From an uncultured Bacteroidia bacterium (GTDB taxonomy: Bacteria; Bacteroidota; Bacteroidia; J057; CALLMJ01): a stretch of 64,000 nt of DNA. The notes under the pieces were generated by a model. That model saw only the letters and a program-made list of their open reading frames with translations. It was not told the origin of the DNA and did no database searches. Within the stretch, counting starts at the first letter, position 1, and each line of letters starts with the position of its first letter. Shown here one piece after another: positions 1-8,475 of this stretch. Made by a program: the position numbers and the translations under genes. The DNA is taken from NCBI GenBank assembly GCA_938006875.1, contig CALLMJ010000055.1, forward strand, positions 918 through 64,917, written 5' to 3'.

Positions 1-1
1 A

Positions 2-3000
2 ATACAAGTAAAAAAAGAGTATGATATTTCATTTATATCCAATATTCAAGATGCAGGTGATTGTTATGAAATCGTAGAAAAACTAGGAGAAAATTATAAA
101 TTATCCACTTTAACGGTTGTACCAGAACAAGAATTAGACTACAGGGCAGAAGCCATTAAGATGCTTCGTAAAGCTAAAATGACAATAGTTTTCTTTAAGG
201 AAAGTTCTGATTGGGCTTTAGCATTTGTGAAACAAGTTTGGAAATTATCAGGTGGCGCTTCAAATAACACCCCAATATTACTAATTGGTGAAGATGAGCC
301 TAGAAGAAATCGATTTATAAGATTTAAAGCTCCCCAGTTGCTGCTTTCAGTATTAAAGAAAGATGAAATTTATTCCAAAATATTAGAAGTTTACAACAAA
401 GTAAGTGTTTCTGGTAAAATTATTGAAGAAACTTTTTCTCCTTACACTGGTTTAAGACCATTCAATGAAAATGAATCTATCTATTTCAAAGGAAGAGATA
501 AGCATATTGACTCTGTCATTCAAATGTTAGAGAGTAATAAGTATGTAATGGTTACGGGTGCTTCTGGCGACGGTAAATCCTCTTTGATTTATGCAGGTGT
601 AATTCCCAATGCAAAAGCTGGTTTTTTAAAAGGTTTATTTACAAAATGGACTGTCGTTGATTTTAAACCAGAAAGAACTCCTTTAAGAAATTTGGCTGCC
701 GCACTATCGCAAGGTTTAAGATTAAAAAATGTGGACGATGTAGAACTTCAGTTGGGATATGGTTTTTCTGCATTAGTGGATATTTATAAAAAATCTGATG
801 CCTATTGTGATATGACTTCTATAGAATGGGCTGATGCAGATGAAGAAACTCGTCGTTCTATGAAAAGAAAGGCATCAAATCTTTTAATTCTTGTTGACCA
901 ATCTGAAGAGTTTTTTACTAATTCAGAAAATTATAGAGATGGTGTAGCTTCTCCTGTATCTCAAATTACTATTAATGTTTTACAGGAGACCATTAAATTA
1001 GCAAGAGAAGAACAACTTCCTATTTATGTGGTTTTTACTATGCGTTCCGATTATATTGGTCAATGTGTTGCATTTAGAGGATTTGCTGAACTAATTGGGA
1101 ATTCTACTTACTTTGTTCCAAGATTAAAACGTGAAGAAATTCAAGAAGTAATCCAAGCTCCAGCTATATTAAATGGCGATAAAATTTCTTTAAGATTAAC
1201 TCAAAGGATTTTGAATGATTTGGGTGATGGAATTGACCAATTGCCTGTTCTACAGCATGCATTGTATCAGATGTGGAAAGAAGCTAATTACAAAAAAGAA
1301 GAAATTGATATTATTCATTATGCTAAAGTAGGTGGTATTGCTATTAACAAACTTCCCGCATCAATTCAACCAGAGTTTGAAATTTTTCTTAATCATTTAC
1401 CTGAAGAAAAAAAGTATCTTTTTGAAAAACCTCGCTTAAGAAACGTTCTTAGTAAACATGCTAATGAACTTTTTGAAACCGCTCATGAAATTTACAATCA
1501 AAGATACCAAGATAATATTTCTAAAGAACAAGCTCAAAGAATAATTAAAATTACTTTTACATGTTTGACCAAAATTGATGAAAACCGTGCGGTCAGAAAT
1601 CGTATGAGTTTAATGGAAATTTACGCAATTTATGGTTCCAATGAAATTACTATGGAAAAATTTGTTAAAGTAATTAACATTTTCCGTGAAACAGGCAATT
1701 CTTTTATTCAACCATTTATTACCGATGATGAGGCATCTAAAGAACTTTCTCCTGATACAGTTCTAGATATTACCCATGAATCATTAATTAGAAACTGGGA
1801 TTTACTCGTTGAATGGGCAGAAGAAGAACATAAATCGGTTTCAATTTTCCGTGATTTTAAGGTACAAGTTAATCAATGGCTAGAAAATGAAAAAGACCCC
1901 AAATATCTACTAAATTCTGGTCTTTATACTTATTTTAGTAATTGGTGGGAAAAAGCTAGTCCAAATGCTTCTTGGATTTTGAGATACATGAATCCAGAGG
2001 AAATCAATCCTATTATGGAGCCTGCTGAACAAGCTGAAATTTACCATGAAGACTGTGAAGAATTTTTATTTTTATCAAAACAAAAAATTGATAGAAATAG
2101 GAGATTAGTTTTATTTGCTATTTCTTTGATTTCTACACTTTTGGTTGTATCTTTAATTGCTGCTTGGATGGCATTACAGTCTAAGTATGAAGCTGACCAA
2201 CAACGTGAAATTGCTATTGAAAAATCAGAATATGCAGAAATACAAAGAGATTTAGCTATAAAAAAAGAAAAAGAGGCTGAATTTCAAAGAATGGTAACAG
2301 AAACAGAAAAATTAAAAGCTGAAACTCAAGCTATTATTGCAGAAAATCAGAAAAAAATTGCGGAAGGAGAAAAAATCAAAGCTGAGGAGCAACGTAAAAT
2401 TGCAGAAAACCAGAAAAAAATTGCAGAAAATGAGCGTAAAATAGCTGAGCAACAAAGAAAAATTGCAGAAGAAAACGAAAAAGAAGCTAAAAAACAAACT
2501 AAAATTGCAGAAGAAAAAACCAAATTAGCTCTTGAAAAAGAAGAAGAAGCAAGAAAACAAGCTGAAATTGCTAAAAAACAACGTAATAATGCACTAATTA
2601 CCCAGTCTTTATTCTTGGCTTCTCAAGCTGAACAACAAGTTGATGAAAATAGACCCGATATTGGTATTTTATTAGCAAGAGAAGCCTTACCCAAAAATTT
2701 AGAGGATCCGGATAGACCTTATGTTGAAGAAGCTGAAGCGGCTTTATACTATTCCATCAATAAAATTGCTAACAAAGACCCTTTATTAACTTTAAATGGT
2801 CATAAAAATAAAATGATTTATAATTTGTTTTCTCCTGATGGAAAGCGTTTAGTATCAACTTCTTGGGATAAAACTGCACGTTTATGGGATGTTGAAACAG
2901 GTCGTCAATTGGGTATTTTACAGGGTCATAATCATATTGTTGAAGCGGCTAAATTTTCAAAAGATGGTAAAACGCTTGCGACTCTTGCTGATGACTTTAC

Positions 3001-4186
3001 TGCTCGCTTATGGGACTTCCAAAGATTTAATTTGGTGGCTGTTTTTAGAGGTCATAAAAATACTTTAACCTCCGTGGATATTAGTAACGATGGCAAAAAG
3101 GTTGCTACATCTTCTATTGACAAAACTGCCAGAATTTGGGACTCTGCTTCTGGTGATGTCCAATTTATTTTAGAAGGTCATACAGGGCATGTACTTTACA
3201 CTGCATTTAGTAATAATTCAGACTTATTAATTACTACCTCCGCAGACTCTACCTCTAAATTATGGGATGTGAAATCAGGTAAACTGATAAATACATTAGT
3301 TGGGCATCAAGGTGCCGTAAAGTACGCAACATTTAGCCCTGATGATAAGTACATTGCTACGGTCTCAAAAGATTTTACTTGTAGATTATGGGACGGTAAA
3401 ACGGGTAAATTTATTAAAACTTTTAAAGGGCATTTAGATGTCGTAAACCATGTAGCTTTTAGTCATAATGGTGCTTTAATTGTTACTTCTAGTAAAGATT
3501 CTACTGCAAAAGTTTGGAATGTTGCAAGCGGTGAACAAGTTGGAAATTTAAAAGGTCATTTAGATAATGTTTATAAGGCATCATTTAGTCCTGATGATAA
3601 AAGAATTGTAACTAATTCAGATGATAAATCTGCAAGACTTTGGGATGGTAAATCCTTTTTAAGGTTAGCAGTATTTAAGGGTTCTCCTGGGCTTGGCTAT
3701 GCTTGTGCTTTTAGTCCTGATTCAAAAAGAATGGCTATGGCAGGTCCTCATTTTTCTATTGAAATTTATAGAATATTTCCTAACCTTCAAGAATTAATTG
3801 ATTACTCTGAAAATTTTGCTAATCGTCCTTTAACTGATGAAGAGAAAAAACGTTTCTTTGTTTCGGATTTTAGAGTTCGTAAGGAAATAGTAGATGAAAT
3901 TAAAAAGAATGAAAACTACCAAAACAATTTAGATAAATTCGACCTTAAAAATGCACCTCAAAATATTGAATTAAACGAAAAAAAAGAAATTAAACCTAAT
4001 GAAAATAAAAATTCTTCAACATCTGATGTGAAAACGAATATAAAACCTTCTTTTTATACTGTAAGACCTAATCAGACTTTGTCTGAAATTGCAAAAAAAT
4101 TTAACGTTACTGAACAATACTTAATGCAAATTAATAATTTGGATAATCCTAAAATTGAAGCTGGGCAAATTTTAAAAATTAAGTAA
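2..4186 (+). CDS. STAND (nSTAND/NACHT-like) P-loop NTPase with TIR-like N-terminus, one TM helix, coiled coil, WD40 propeller and C-terminal LysM; 5' end lies outside the window
   Basis: Frame 2 has no stop from nt 2 to the ATG at 161, so the gene starts upstream of the window. The read-through N-terminus (KEYDISFIS...AKMTIVFFKESSDWA...PILLIGEDEP) has an alternating beta/alpha, TIR-like pattern. NTPase motifs: PYTGLRPF...YFKGRD, Walker A GASGDGKS (557-580), Walker B LILVDQSEEFF. Hydrophobic helix LVLFAISLISTLLVVSLIAAWMAL (2105-2176). K/E/Q coiled coil (about 2185-2610). Eight GH...(L/I)WD units (2798-3777). LysM YTVRPNQTLSEIAKKF...GQILKIK (4055-4183). Confidence 0.8.
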   Translation: MQVKKEYDISFISNIQDAGDCYEIVEKLGENYKLSTLTVVPEQELDYRAEAIKMLRKAKMTIVFFKESSDWALAFVKQVWKLSGGASNNTPILLIGEDEPRRNRFIRFKAPQLLLSVLKKDEIYSKILEVYNKVSVSGKIIEETFSPYTGLRPFNENESIYFKGRDKHIDSVIQMLESNKYVMVTGASGDGKSSLIYAGVIPNAKAGFLKGLFTKWTVVDFKPERTPLRNLAAALSQGLRLKNVDDVELQLGYGFSALVDIYKKSDAYCDMTSIEWADADEETRRSMKRKASNLLILVDQSEEFFTNSENYRDGVASPVSQITINVLQETIKLAREEQLPIYVVFTMRSDYIGQCVAFRGFAELIGNSTYFVPRLKREEIQEVIQAPAILNGDKISLRLTQRILNDLGDGIDQLPVLQHALYQMWKEANYKKEEIDIIHYAKVGGIAINKLPASIQPEFEIFLNHLPEEKKYLFEKPRLRNVLSKHANELFETAHEIYNQRYQDNISKEQAQRIIKITFTCLTKIDENRAVRNRMSLMEIYAIYGSNEITMEKFVKVINIFRETGNSFIQPFITDDEASKELSPDTVLDITHESLIRNWDLLVEWAEEEHKSVSIFRDFKVQVNQWLENEKDPKYLLNSGLYTYFSNWWEKASPNASWILRYMNPEEINPIMEPAEQAEIYHEDCEEFLFLSKQKIDRNRRLVLFAISLISTLLVVSLIAAWMALQSKYEADQQREIAIEKSEYAEIQRDLAIKKEKEAEFQRMVTETEKLKAETQAIIAENQKKIAEGEKIKAEEQRKIAENQKKIAENERKIAEQQRKIAEENEKEAKKQTKIAEEKTKLALEKEEEARKQAEIAKKQRNNALITQSLFLASQAEQQVDENRPDIGILLAREALPKNLEDPDRPYVEEAEAALYYSINKIANKDPLLTLNGHKNKMIYNLFSPDGKRLVSTSWDKTARLWDVETGRQLGILQGHNHIVEAAKFSKDGKTLATLADDFTARLWDFQRFNLVAVFRGHKNTLTSVDISNDGKKVATSSIDKTARIWDSASGDVQFILEGHTGHVLYTAFSNNSDLLITTSADSTSKLWDVKSGKLINTLVGHQGAVKYATFSPDDKYIATVSKDFTCRLWDGKTGKFIKTFKGHLDVVNHVAFSHNGALIVTSSKDSTAKVWNVASGEQVGNLKGHLDNVYKASFSPDDKRIVTNSDDKSARLWDGKSFLRLAVFKGSPGLGYACAFSPDSKRMAMAGPHFSIEIYRIFPNLQELIDYSENFANRPLTDEEKKRFFVSDFRVRKEIVDEIKKNENYQNNLDKFDLKNAPQNIELNEKKEIKPNENKNSSTSDVKTNIKPSFYTVRPNQTLSEIAKKFNVTEQYLMQINNLDNPKIEAGQILKIK

Positions 4187-4830
4187 TGGATAGACTAAAC
4201 GAATATTTATTTGCTTCTCGTAAAGATTACGAAAAAAATGAATTACAAGAAAGTAGTGTTGATTCTAACCCATTTAAACAATTTGAATTTTGGTTTGAAG
4301 AAGTTAAAAATTCACCTATTGAAGAGCCCTATGCTTTTACTTTAGCAACCTGCAATAAACAAGGAAAACCCTCTGCACGTATCCTTTTGTTAAGAAAAAT
4401 GACAGAGATTGATGGTTTTGTTTTTTATACAAATTATTTAAGTAGAAAAGGAAATGAAATTGCTGAAAATCCTTATGGAGCTATGCTTTTTTATTGGCAT
4501 GAATTAGAAAGACAAGTTAGAGTTGAAGGTAAAATTCAAAAAATTGATAAAAAAACTTCTGATGAATATTTCTCTTCAAGACCAAGACTTTCTCAAATAA
4601 GTGCTATAATTTCCCCTCAAAGTAAAAAAATTCCTAATAGGGAGTTTCTTGAAAATGCAGTAAAAGAATGGGAAAATAAAACGGAACTTCAAAGACCTGA
4701 ATTTTGGGGTGGTTATCAATTAATTCCTAATTATTTTGAATTTTGGCAAGGAAGAAAAAGTCGTTTGCACGATAGAATTGTTTATGAATTGGTAGAAAAT
4801 AAGTGGATTATAAATAGGTTGGCTCCATGA
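4186..4830 (+). CDS. pdxH: pyridoxamine 5'-phosphate oxidase
   Basis: Collinear with E. coli PdxH along its length: LLRK...GFVFYTNYLSRKG, YWHELERQVRVEG, FWGGY, EFWQGRKSRLHDR, C-terminal RLAP. The start overlaps the upstream stop as TAATG. Confidence 0.9.
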   Translation: MDRLNEYLFASRKDYEKNELQESSVDSNPFKQFEFWFEEVKNSPIEEPYAFTLATCNKQGKPSARILLLRKMTEIDGFVFYTNYLSRKGNEIAENPYGAMLFYWHELERQVRVEGKIQKIDKKTSDEYFSSRPRLSQISAIISPQSKKIPNREFLENAVKEWENKTELQRPEFWGGYQLIPNYFEFWQGRKSRLHDRIVYELVENKWIINRLAP

Positions 4831-5168
4831 TAAGAAAATTTTTATTTTTTTTGTTTGCATTTTTACTTCTGTTTTTAATTTTTAAAGGAATTATTAGAAG
4901 TTTTGCTTGGATTTACATAATCATTGTGAATGTGGTTGCTCTTGGTTATATGTTTTATGATAAACTATTAGCAAGTTTAGGAAAATCAAAATCCAGAGTA
5001 TCTGAAAATAAATTATTGAGTATAGCACTTTTGGGCGGCGCTCCTTTTATGCTTTTGTCTATGTTTATTTTTAGACATAAACTCCTGAAACCAAAGTTTT
5101 TCATTGGTGTGCCTATAATTTTCATTCTGAATTTGATAGTTTATTATTTCATTTTGAGAATGTTTTAA
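4827..5168 (+). CDS. DUF1294-like small membrane protein
   Basis: YDKLLA...SRVSENKLLSIALLGGAPFMLLSMFIFRHKLLKPKF matches the DUF1294 signature (RIpE..L..ll.GG..G......RHKt.K). 4-nt ATGA overlap with pdxH. Confidence 0.6.
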   Translation: MIRKFLFFLFAFLLLFLIFKGIIRSFAWIYIIIVNVVALGYMFYDKLLASLGKSKSRVSENKLLSIALLGGAPFMLLSMFIFRHKLLKPKFFIGVPIIFILNLIVYYFILRMF

Positions 5169-5327
5169 TTGATAATATTTTCAAGAGTTATTGCTTTTCA
5201 ATAAGTAAATTTTTATTTATAACGTCTTTAAAAGAGACACATAAAGGTGAAAACACATCATTCATATATCTTTTTTATAGTGAAAAGAATGTTACAAAGT
5301 TCAGAATAAAATTCTAAACTAAAATTA

Positions 5328-5891
5328 TTAATCCTCAAATTCTGGAAGTGAGTTCTCTTCTGGCAATGCTGAAGCAAATGCTATATAGAAAATCAAAACA
5401 AATCCACCTGAAACAAAAAGTAAAGAAACAGCGATAAGCCTTAAAATCCATGCTGGAATTCCTGTATATTTAGCCATACCTCCAAAAACACCAAATATCA
5501 TTCTATCAGTTTTTGATCGAGCAACTTGTTTCATTGTAGGTTTTCTTAAGCCTTGTGAAAGACTTTTTTGGAATTTTTGTAATCTTTTTTTTATAGATTT
5601 ATCTGGTTGATGGTTTAAAGATTGTAAAAAAAGCGGAATTGATATTGCTAATCCTATAATTAATGGGACCAAACTAATTTCTTGAAAGAAAATGGAGATT
5701 ACTCCAACAGTCATCATGATAGTTCCCATTGTTAATAGAAAATTGGATTGCTTGGTGACAAATTTTTTGTTATTATAATCAGCAGAATGAGCCTCCAAAA
5801 CTAAGTCTTTTGCATCAGAAAATTCATTTTGTGGATTGTTAATATTTAAATTATCAAAGAATGAATTAGATAAAAACTGATGCTCAGTCAT
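5328..5891 (-). CDS. PspC-domain membrane protein
   Basis: C-terminal RSKTDRMIFGVFGGMAKYTGIPAWILRLIAV is a PspC-type domain, followed by a TM segment. I moved the start to Met21 (ATG at 5891) because the longer track ORF runs through the tRNA gene. Confidence 0.65.
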   Translation of the reverse strand: MTEHQFLSNSFFDNLNINNPQNEFSDAKDLVLEAHSADYNNKKFVTKQSNFLLTMGTIMMTVGVISIFFQEISLVPLIIGLAISIPLFLQSLNHQPDKSIKKRLQKFQKSLSQGLRKPTMKQVARSKTDRMIFGVFGGMAKYTGIPAWILRLIAVSLLFVSGGFVLIFYIAFASALPEENSLPEFED

Positions 5892-5909
5892 AGATATAAG
5901 AATTTTTAG

Positions 5910-5983
5910 TGGAGCATAACGGATTCGAACCGATGACCTCTTCAATGCCATTGAAGCGCTCTAGCCAACTGAGCTAATGCCCC
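5910..5983 (-). tRNA. tRNA-Ala (anticodon GGC)
   Basis: The reverse complement GGGGCATTAGCTCAGTTGGCTAGAGCGCTTCAATGGCATTGAAGAGGTCATCGGTTCGAATCCGTTATGCTCCA folds as a cloverleaf. It has a 7-bp acceptor stem with the G3:U70 alanine identity pair, anticodon loop AT-GGC-AT and a GGTTCGAATCC T-arm. CCA is not encoded. Confidence 0.9.
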
Positions 5984-6028
5984 TAACAATTATGCAAATA
6001 TAATAAAATTATAATTTCAAATAATTTA

Positions 6029-7006
6029 TTATGAACTTTTTTTCATTTTTCTATCAAAACTAAAGTTTCTAGAAAGACAAAAACTAAATTTTAGTTGTCT
6101 TTTTGCCCATGAATCAGTTGTGGTAGTATAAAAATTATTTTCTAAAATAGCGCTATTGTTAGCAAAAAATAAAGTAAATATATGACCACCTGTTTCTACT
6201 TCATATCCAATAGCAAGAGGATTTTTTAATTCAGGATGATTACGATAAAATGGATGAAAATTATAATAATAATCAGCAATAATTGCCATTCTGTCAGTAA
6301 ATTTAAATCGGAATGCGCCCCCTAAAATGAAATAATTATTACTATCCCACTTTTGGTTATTTGGATTTTGTTTTTGAACTATAAAATTTCTGTGAAACCA
6401 TGTAGGCATCAATTGCAAAGATAATTTATTAGTAAATTTTGAAGCAATCAATAATTGGTTGAAATAGTTAATTCTATGGCTCTCGCGAGTTTTAAAGTCT
6501 TTGTTTTGGACTTCTGAATATAAACGATTGGTATTCATTGCTGAGTATCCTAAACTACTCAATAAAGAAATAGAAATAGGCACTTTGAAATCTTTAGTTT
6601 GACGTAATAGAGCATATTTAACAGACAAATCTATCATTTCTTTCATTCTACTTCTTCCAATACCTACGCTTAAATTATCTAAAATACCATAATCGAATGC
6701 AATTCTTATATCACTAGCATTATCTAAACCAAAAGCAGTATGAGCGATTTGATTAAAGCTTGTTTGTGAATTGGTAATATTACCAAAACGGTGTAAAATC
6801 CTATATTCTAAATGATTTTTTTTGATGGTTTCTGTTGTCTGTGTATTGGCCAGTCTAATGCTTTTCCAAGTAGCGGTTACCAATTCTTTGGATTGAGTTT
6901 GATTAGAGTCTAGTGAAAGCAAATTCAATAGTTCCTCTTGTGAAAAAGCAAACTGATATATAAAAAATAATATAAATAACAAAAATTTACTGTGGCATTC
7001 CATCAT
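6029..7006 (-). CDS. predicted outer-membrane beta-barrel protein (DUF5777-like)
   Basis: N-terminal signal peptide (FLLFILFFIYQFAFSQ). Alternating hydrophobic/aromatic beta-strand pattern throughout. 20-nt overlap with the upstream cytochrome gene. The family name is from memory, not a search. Confidence 0.45.
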   Translation of the reverse strand: MMECHSKFLLFILFFIYQFAFSQEELLNLLSLDSNQTQSKELVTATWKSIRLANTQTTETIKKNHLEYRILHRFGNITNSQTSFNQIAHTAFGLDNASDIRIAFDYGILDNLSVGIGRSRMKEMIDLSVKYALLRQTKDFKVPISISLLSSLGYSAMNTNRLYSEVQNKDFKTRESHRINYFNQLLIASKFTNKLSLQLMPTWFHRNFIVQKQNPNNQKWDSNNYFILGGAFRFKFTDRMAIIADYYYNFHPFYRNHPELKNPLAIGYEVETGGHIFTLFFANNSAILENNFYTTTTDSWAKRQLKFSFCLSRNFSFDRKMKKSS

Positions 7007-7613
7007 GAATCCATTTTTTAATTGTTAAAATTTCACAATTGGGAATTTTAGGTGCAAAAAGAGGCATTTTTGAGTATCCAGGTAGCCAATCAATTGCTCC
7101 TATTAGATGCCCAGAATTTACCGATGCTTTTACATCATCATAATTATCTAAATTCCAACCTCCAGAAGTATTATTTCTATTGTGGCAACCAGTGCAATGT
7201 GAATCTAAAATATTTTTTATATCACTATAAAAAAAAGTTTTATTGGTATCACATAAATTGATATTCGAACAGCTGGTATTTTTAGCACCAAATTGAATCC
7301 AACTTTTTATGGTTAATTTTTCTTTGTCGGTGAGAGCAAGAGAATTTTTAGGAGGCATCTTACCAAATTTGATTTGAAGCCATAATTCAGAGGAATTAAT
7401 TTGATTAGGTTTAATTGCTTGCATTACTCCTTCGTAATTAGTAAAATCATAACCTTCTTTTTTATCAGTAGGATTATGGCAACCTGAATTGCCACATTTA
7501 TTCACTAAAATCGGTAAAACTTTTTGTTCAAAACAATTATCAGGAAGATACTGGTCGTTTCTACAGCCTATCAAAAAAAGAAAAGTAAGAAATATCGGCA
7601 CTAAAAATCTCAT
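6987..7613 (-). CDS. lipoprotein with two class-I-like c-type haem-binding modules
   Basis: Lipobox FLFLIGC. Two similar modules, ILVNKCGNSGCHNP...GKMPP (a CX4CH variant, 7476-7496) and ILDSHCTGCHNR...SKMP (CXXCH, 7182-7196). Each has a downstream Met-Pro that could supply the axial ligand. Confidence 0.55.
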   Translation of the reverse strand: MRFLVPIFLTFLFLIGCRNDQYLPDNCFEQKVLPILVNKCGNSGCHNPTDKKEGYDFTNYEGVMQAIKPNQINSSELWLQIKFGKMPPKNSLALTDKEKLTIKSWIQFGAKNTSCSNINLCDTNKTFFYSDIKNILDSHCTGCHNRNNTSGGWNLDNYDDVKASVNSGHLIGAIDWLPGYSKMPLFAPKIPNCEILTIKKWIHDGMPQ

Positions 7614-8422
7614 GGATTTACATAAATTTTTTGATAATGAATGTTTTGATTTTTTGTTTTTATTTGAACTAAATAAAATCCAGTAGTTAATAATTCATTA
7701 ATCGTTACTTTATATTTGCCATTTAGATTTTGAAATGTATTGGAATAGGATTTTCCAGTAATATCAAAAATTAATAAATTTTGAATTTGTTCATGGGTTT
7801 GAATGAAAAACTCATTTTTTACAGGATTAGGATAAATAATAAAATTTTGTTTATCAATGAATTTTGAATTTGAGCTAGTTGTTGATGAAGTTAAGGTCAA
7901 TGAAGTGTTAGTAGGGCTATCCCCTGATGTGCTTCCATTATTATTGACTGCATTTGCACCCACATAAATAGTTGCAGCACCTGAATCAGGAGATGTCCAG
8001 TCAAATTCAAAAGTTGCTGAACCTGAACCTGTTTTAATAGAATTGTGAGTGGCATTTTTTCTCTGTCCTAAATTTACTAATTGAACTCCTGAACCTGGAT
8101 TAGAAATAGTTCCTGCATTGGTATTAGATGAATTTAAGATTTCACATGCAAAACCATAGCCATTCAAATTAGGGTTAGAAACCACTATTTGCATTCTATA
8201 TAAAGTATTGGGTTGATATTCAGTATTATTCATGGGTGGAATTGATTGTATAACTACATTTGTTGAACCAGAACCACCTGAATGACAATTTGCACAAGTG
8301 CCTAATGAGCCGGGTGAACCTGTATAACCTGCTTTTCCTCCTGAATTTAATACAGAAAAACCCATTAAAAAAACAAAAAGCAAAGAAATAAATACAATTT
8401 TATTATACACTGAAAGTTTCAT
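7610..8422 (-). CDS. secreted T9SS (type A CTD) cargo with one CXXCH motif
   Basis: Signal peptide. GTCANCHSGGSGS (CANCH at 8282-8296). C-terminal IIYPNPVKNEFFIQ...GFYLVQIKTKNQNIHYQKIYV is a typical Por/T9SS sorting domain. 4-nt overlap with the next gene. Confidence 0.55.
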   Translation of the reverse strand: MKLSVYNKIVFISLLFVFLMGFSVLNSGGKAGYTGSPGSLGTCANCHSGGSGSTNVVIQSIPPMNNTEYQPNTLYRMQIVVSNPNLNGYGFACEILNSSNTNAGTISNPGSGVQLVNLGQRKNATHNSIKTGSGSATFEFDWTSPDSGAATIYVGANAVNNNGSTSGDSPTNTSLTLTSSTTSSNSKFIDKQNFIIYPNPVKNEFFIQTHEQIQNLLIFDITGKSYSNTFQNLNGKYKVTINELLTTGFYLVQIKTKNQNIHYQKIYVNP

Positions 8423-8475
8423 AACTGAATTATAATGACAAAATTATGGAAAAAATTTTAAAATTTATAAAAAAA

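Noticed and set aside
2312-2497. 61-aa minus-strand ORF inside the STAND gene
   Set aside because: It is the antisense reading of the A-rich K/E coiled-coil repeat, giving a poly-F/L/S low-complexity product with no start context.
2798-3777. Periodic roughly 126-nt repeats (possible CRISPR-like or satellite array)
   Set aside because: The periodicity is the WD40 protein repeat. The units are diverged at the DNA level and lie in one long ORF.
5892-5951. N-terminal 20-codon extension of the PspC-domain ORF
   Set aside because: The extension (MALKRSSVRIRYAPLKILIS) is the antisense or overlap reading of the tRNA-Ala gene. Met21 gives a sensible start.
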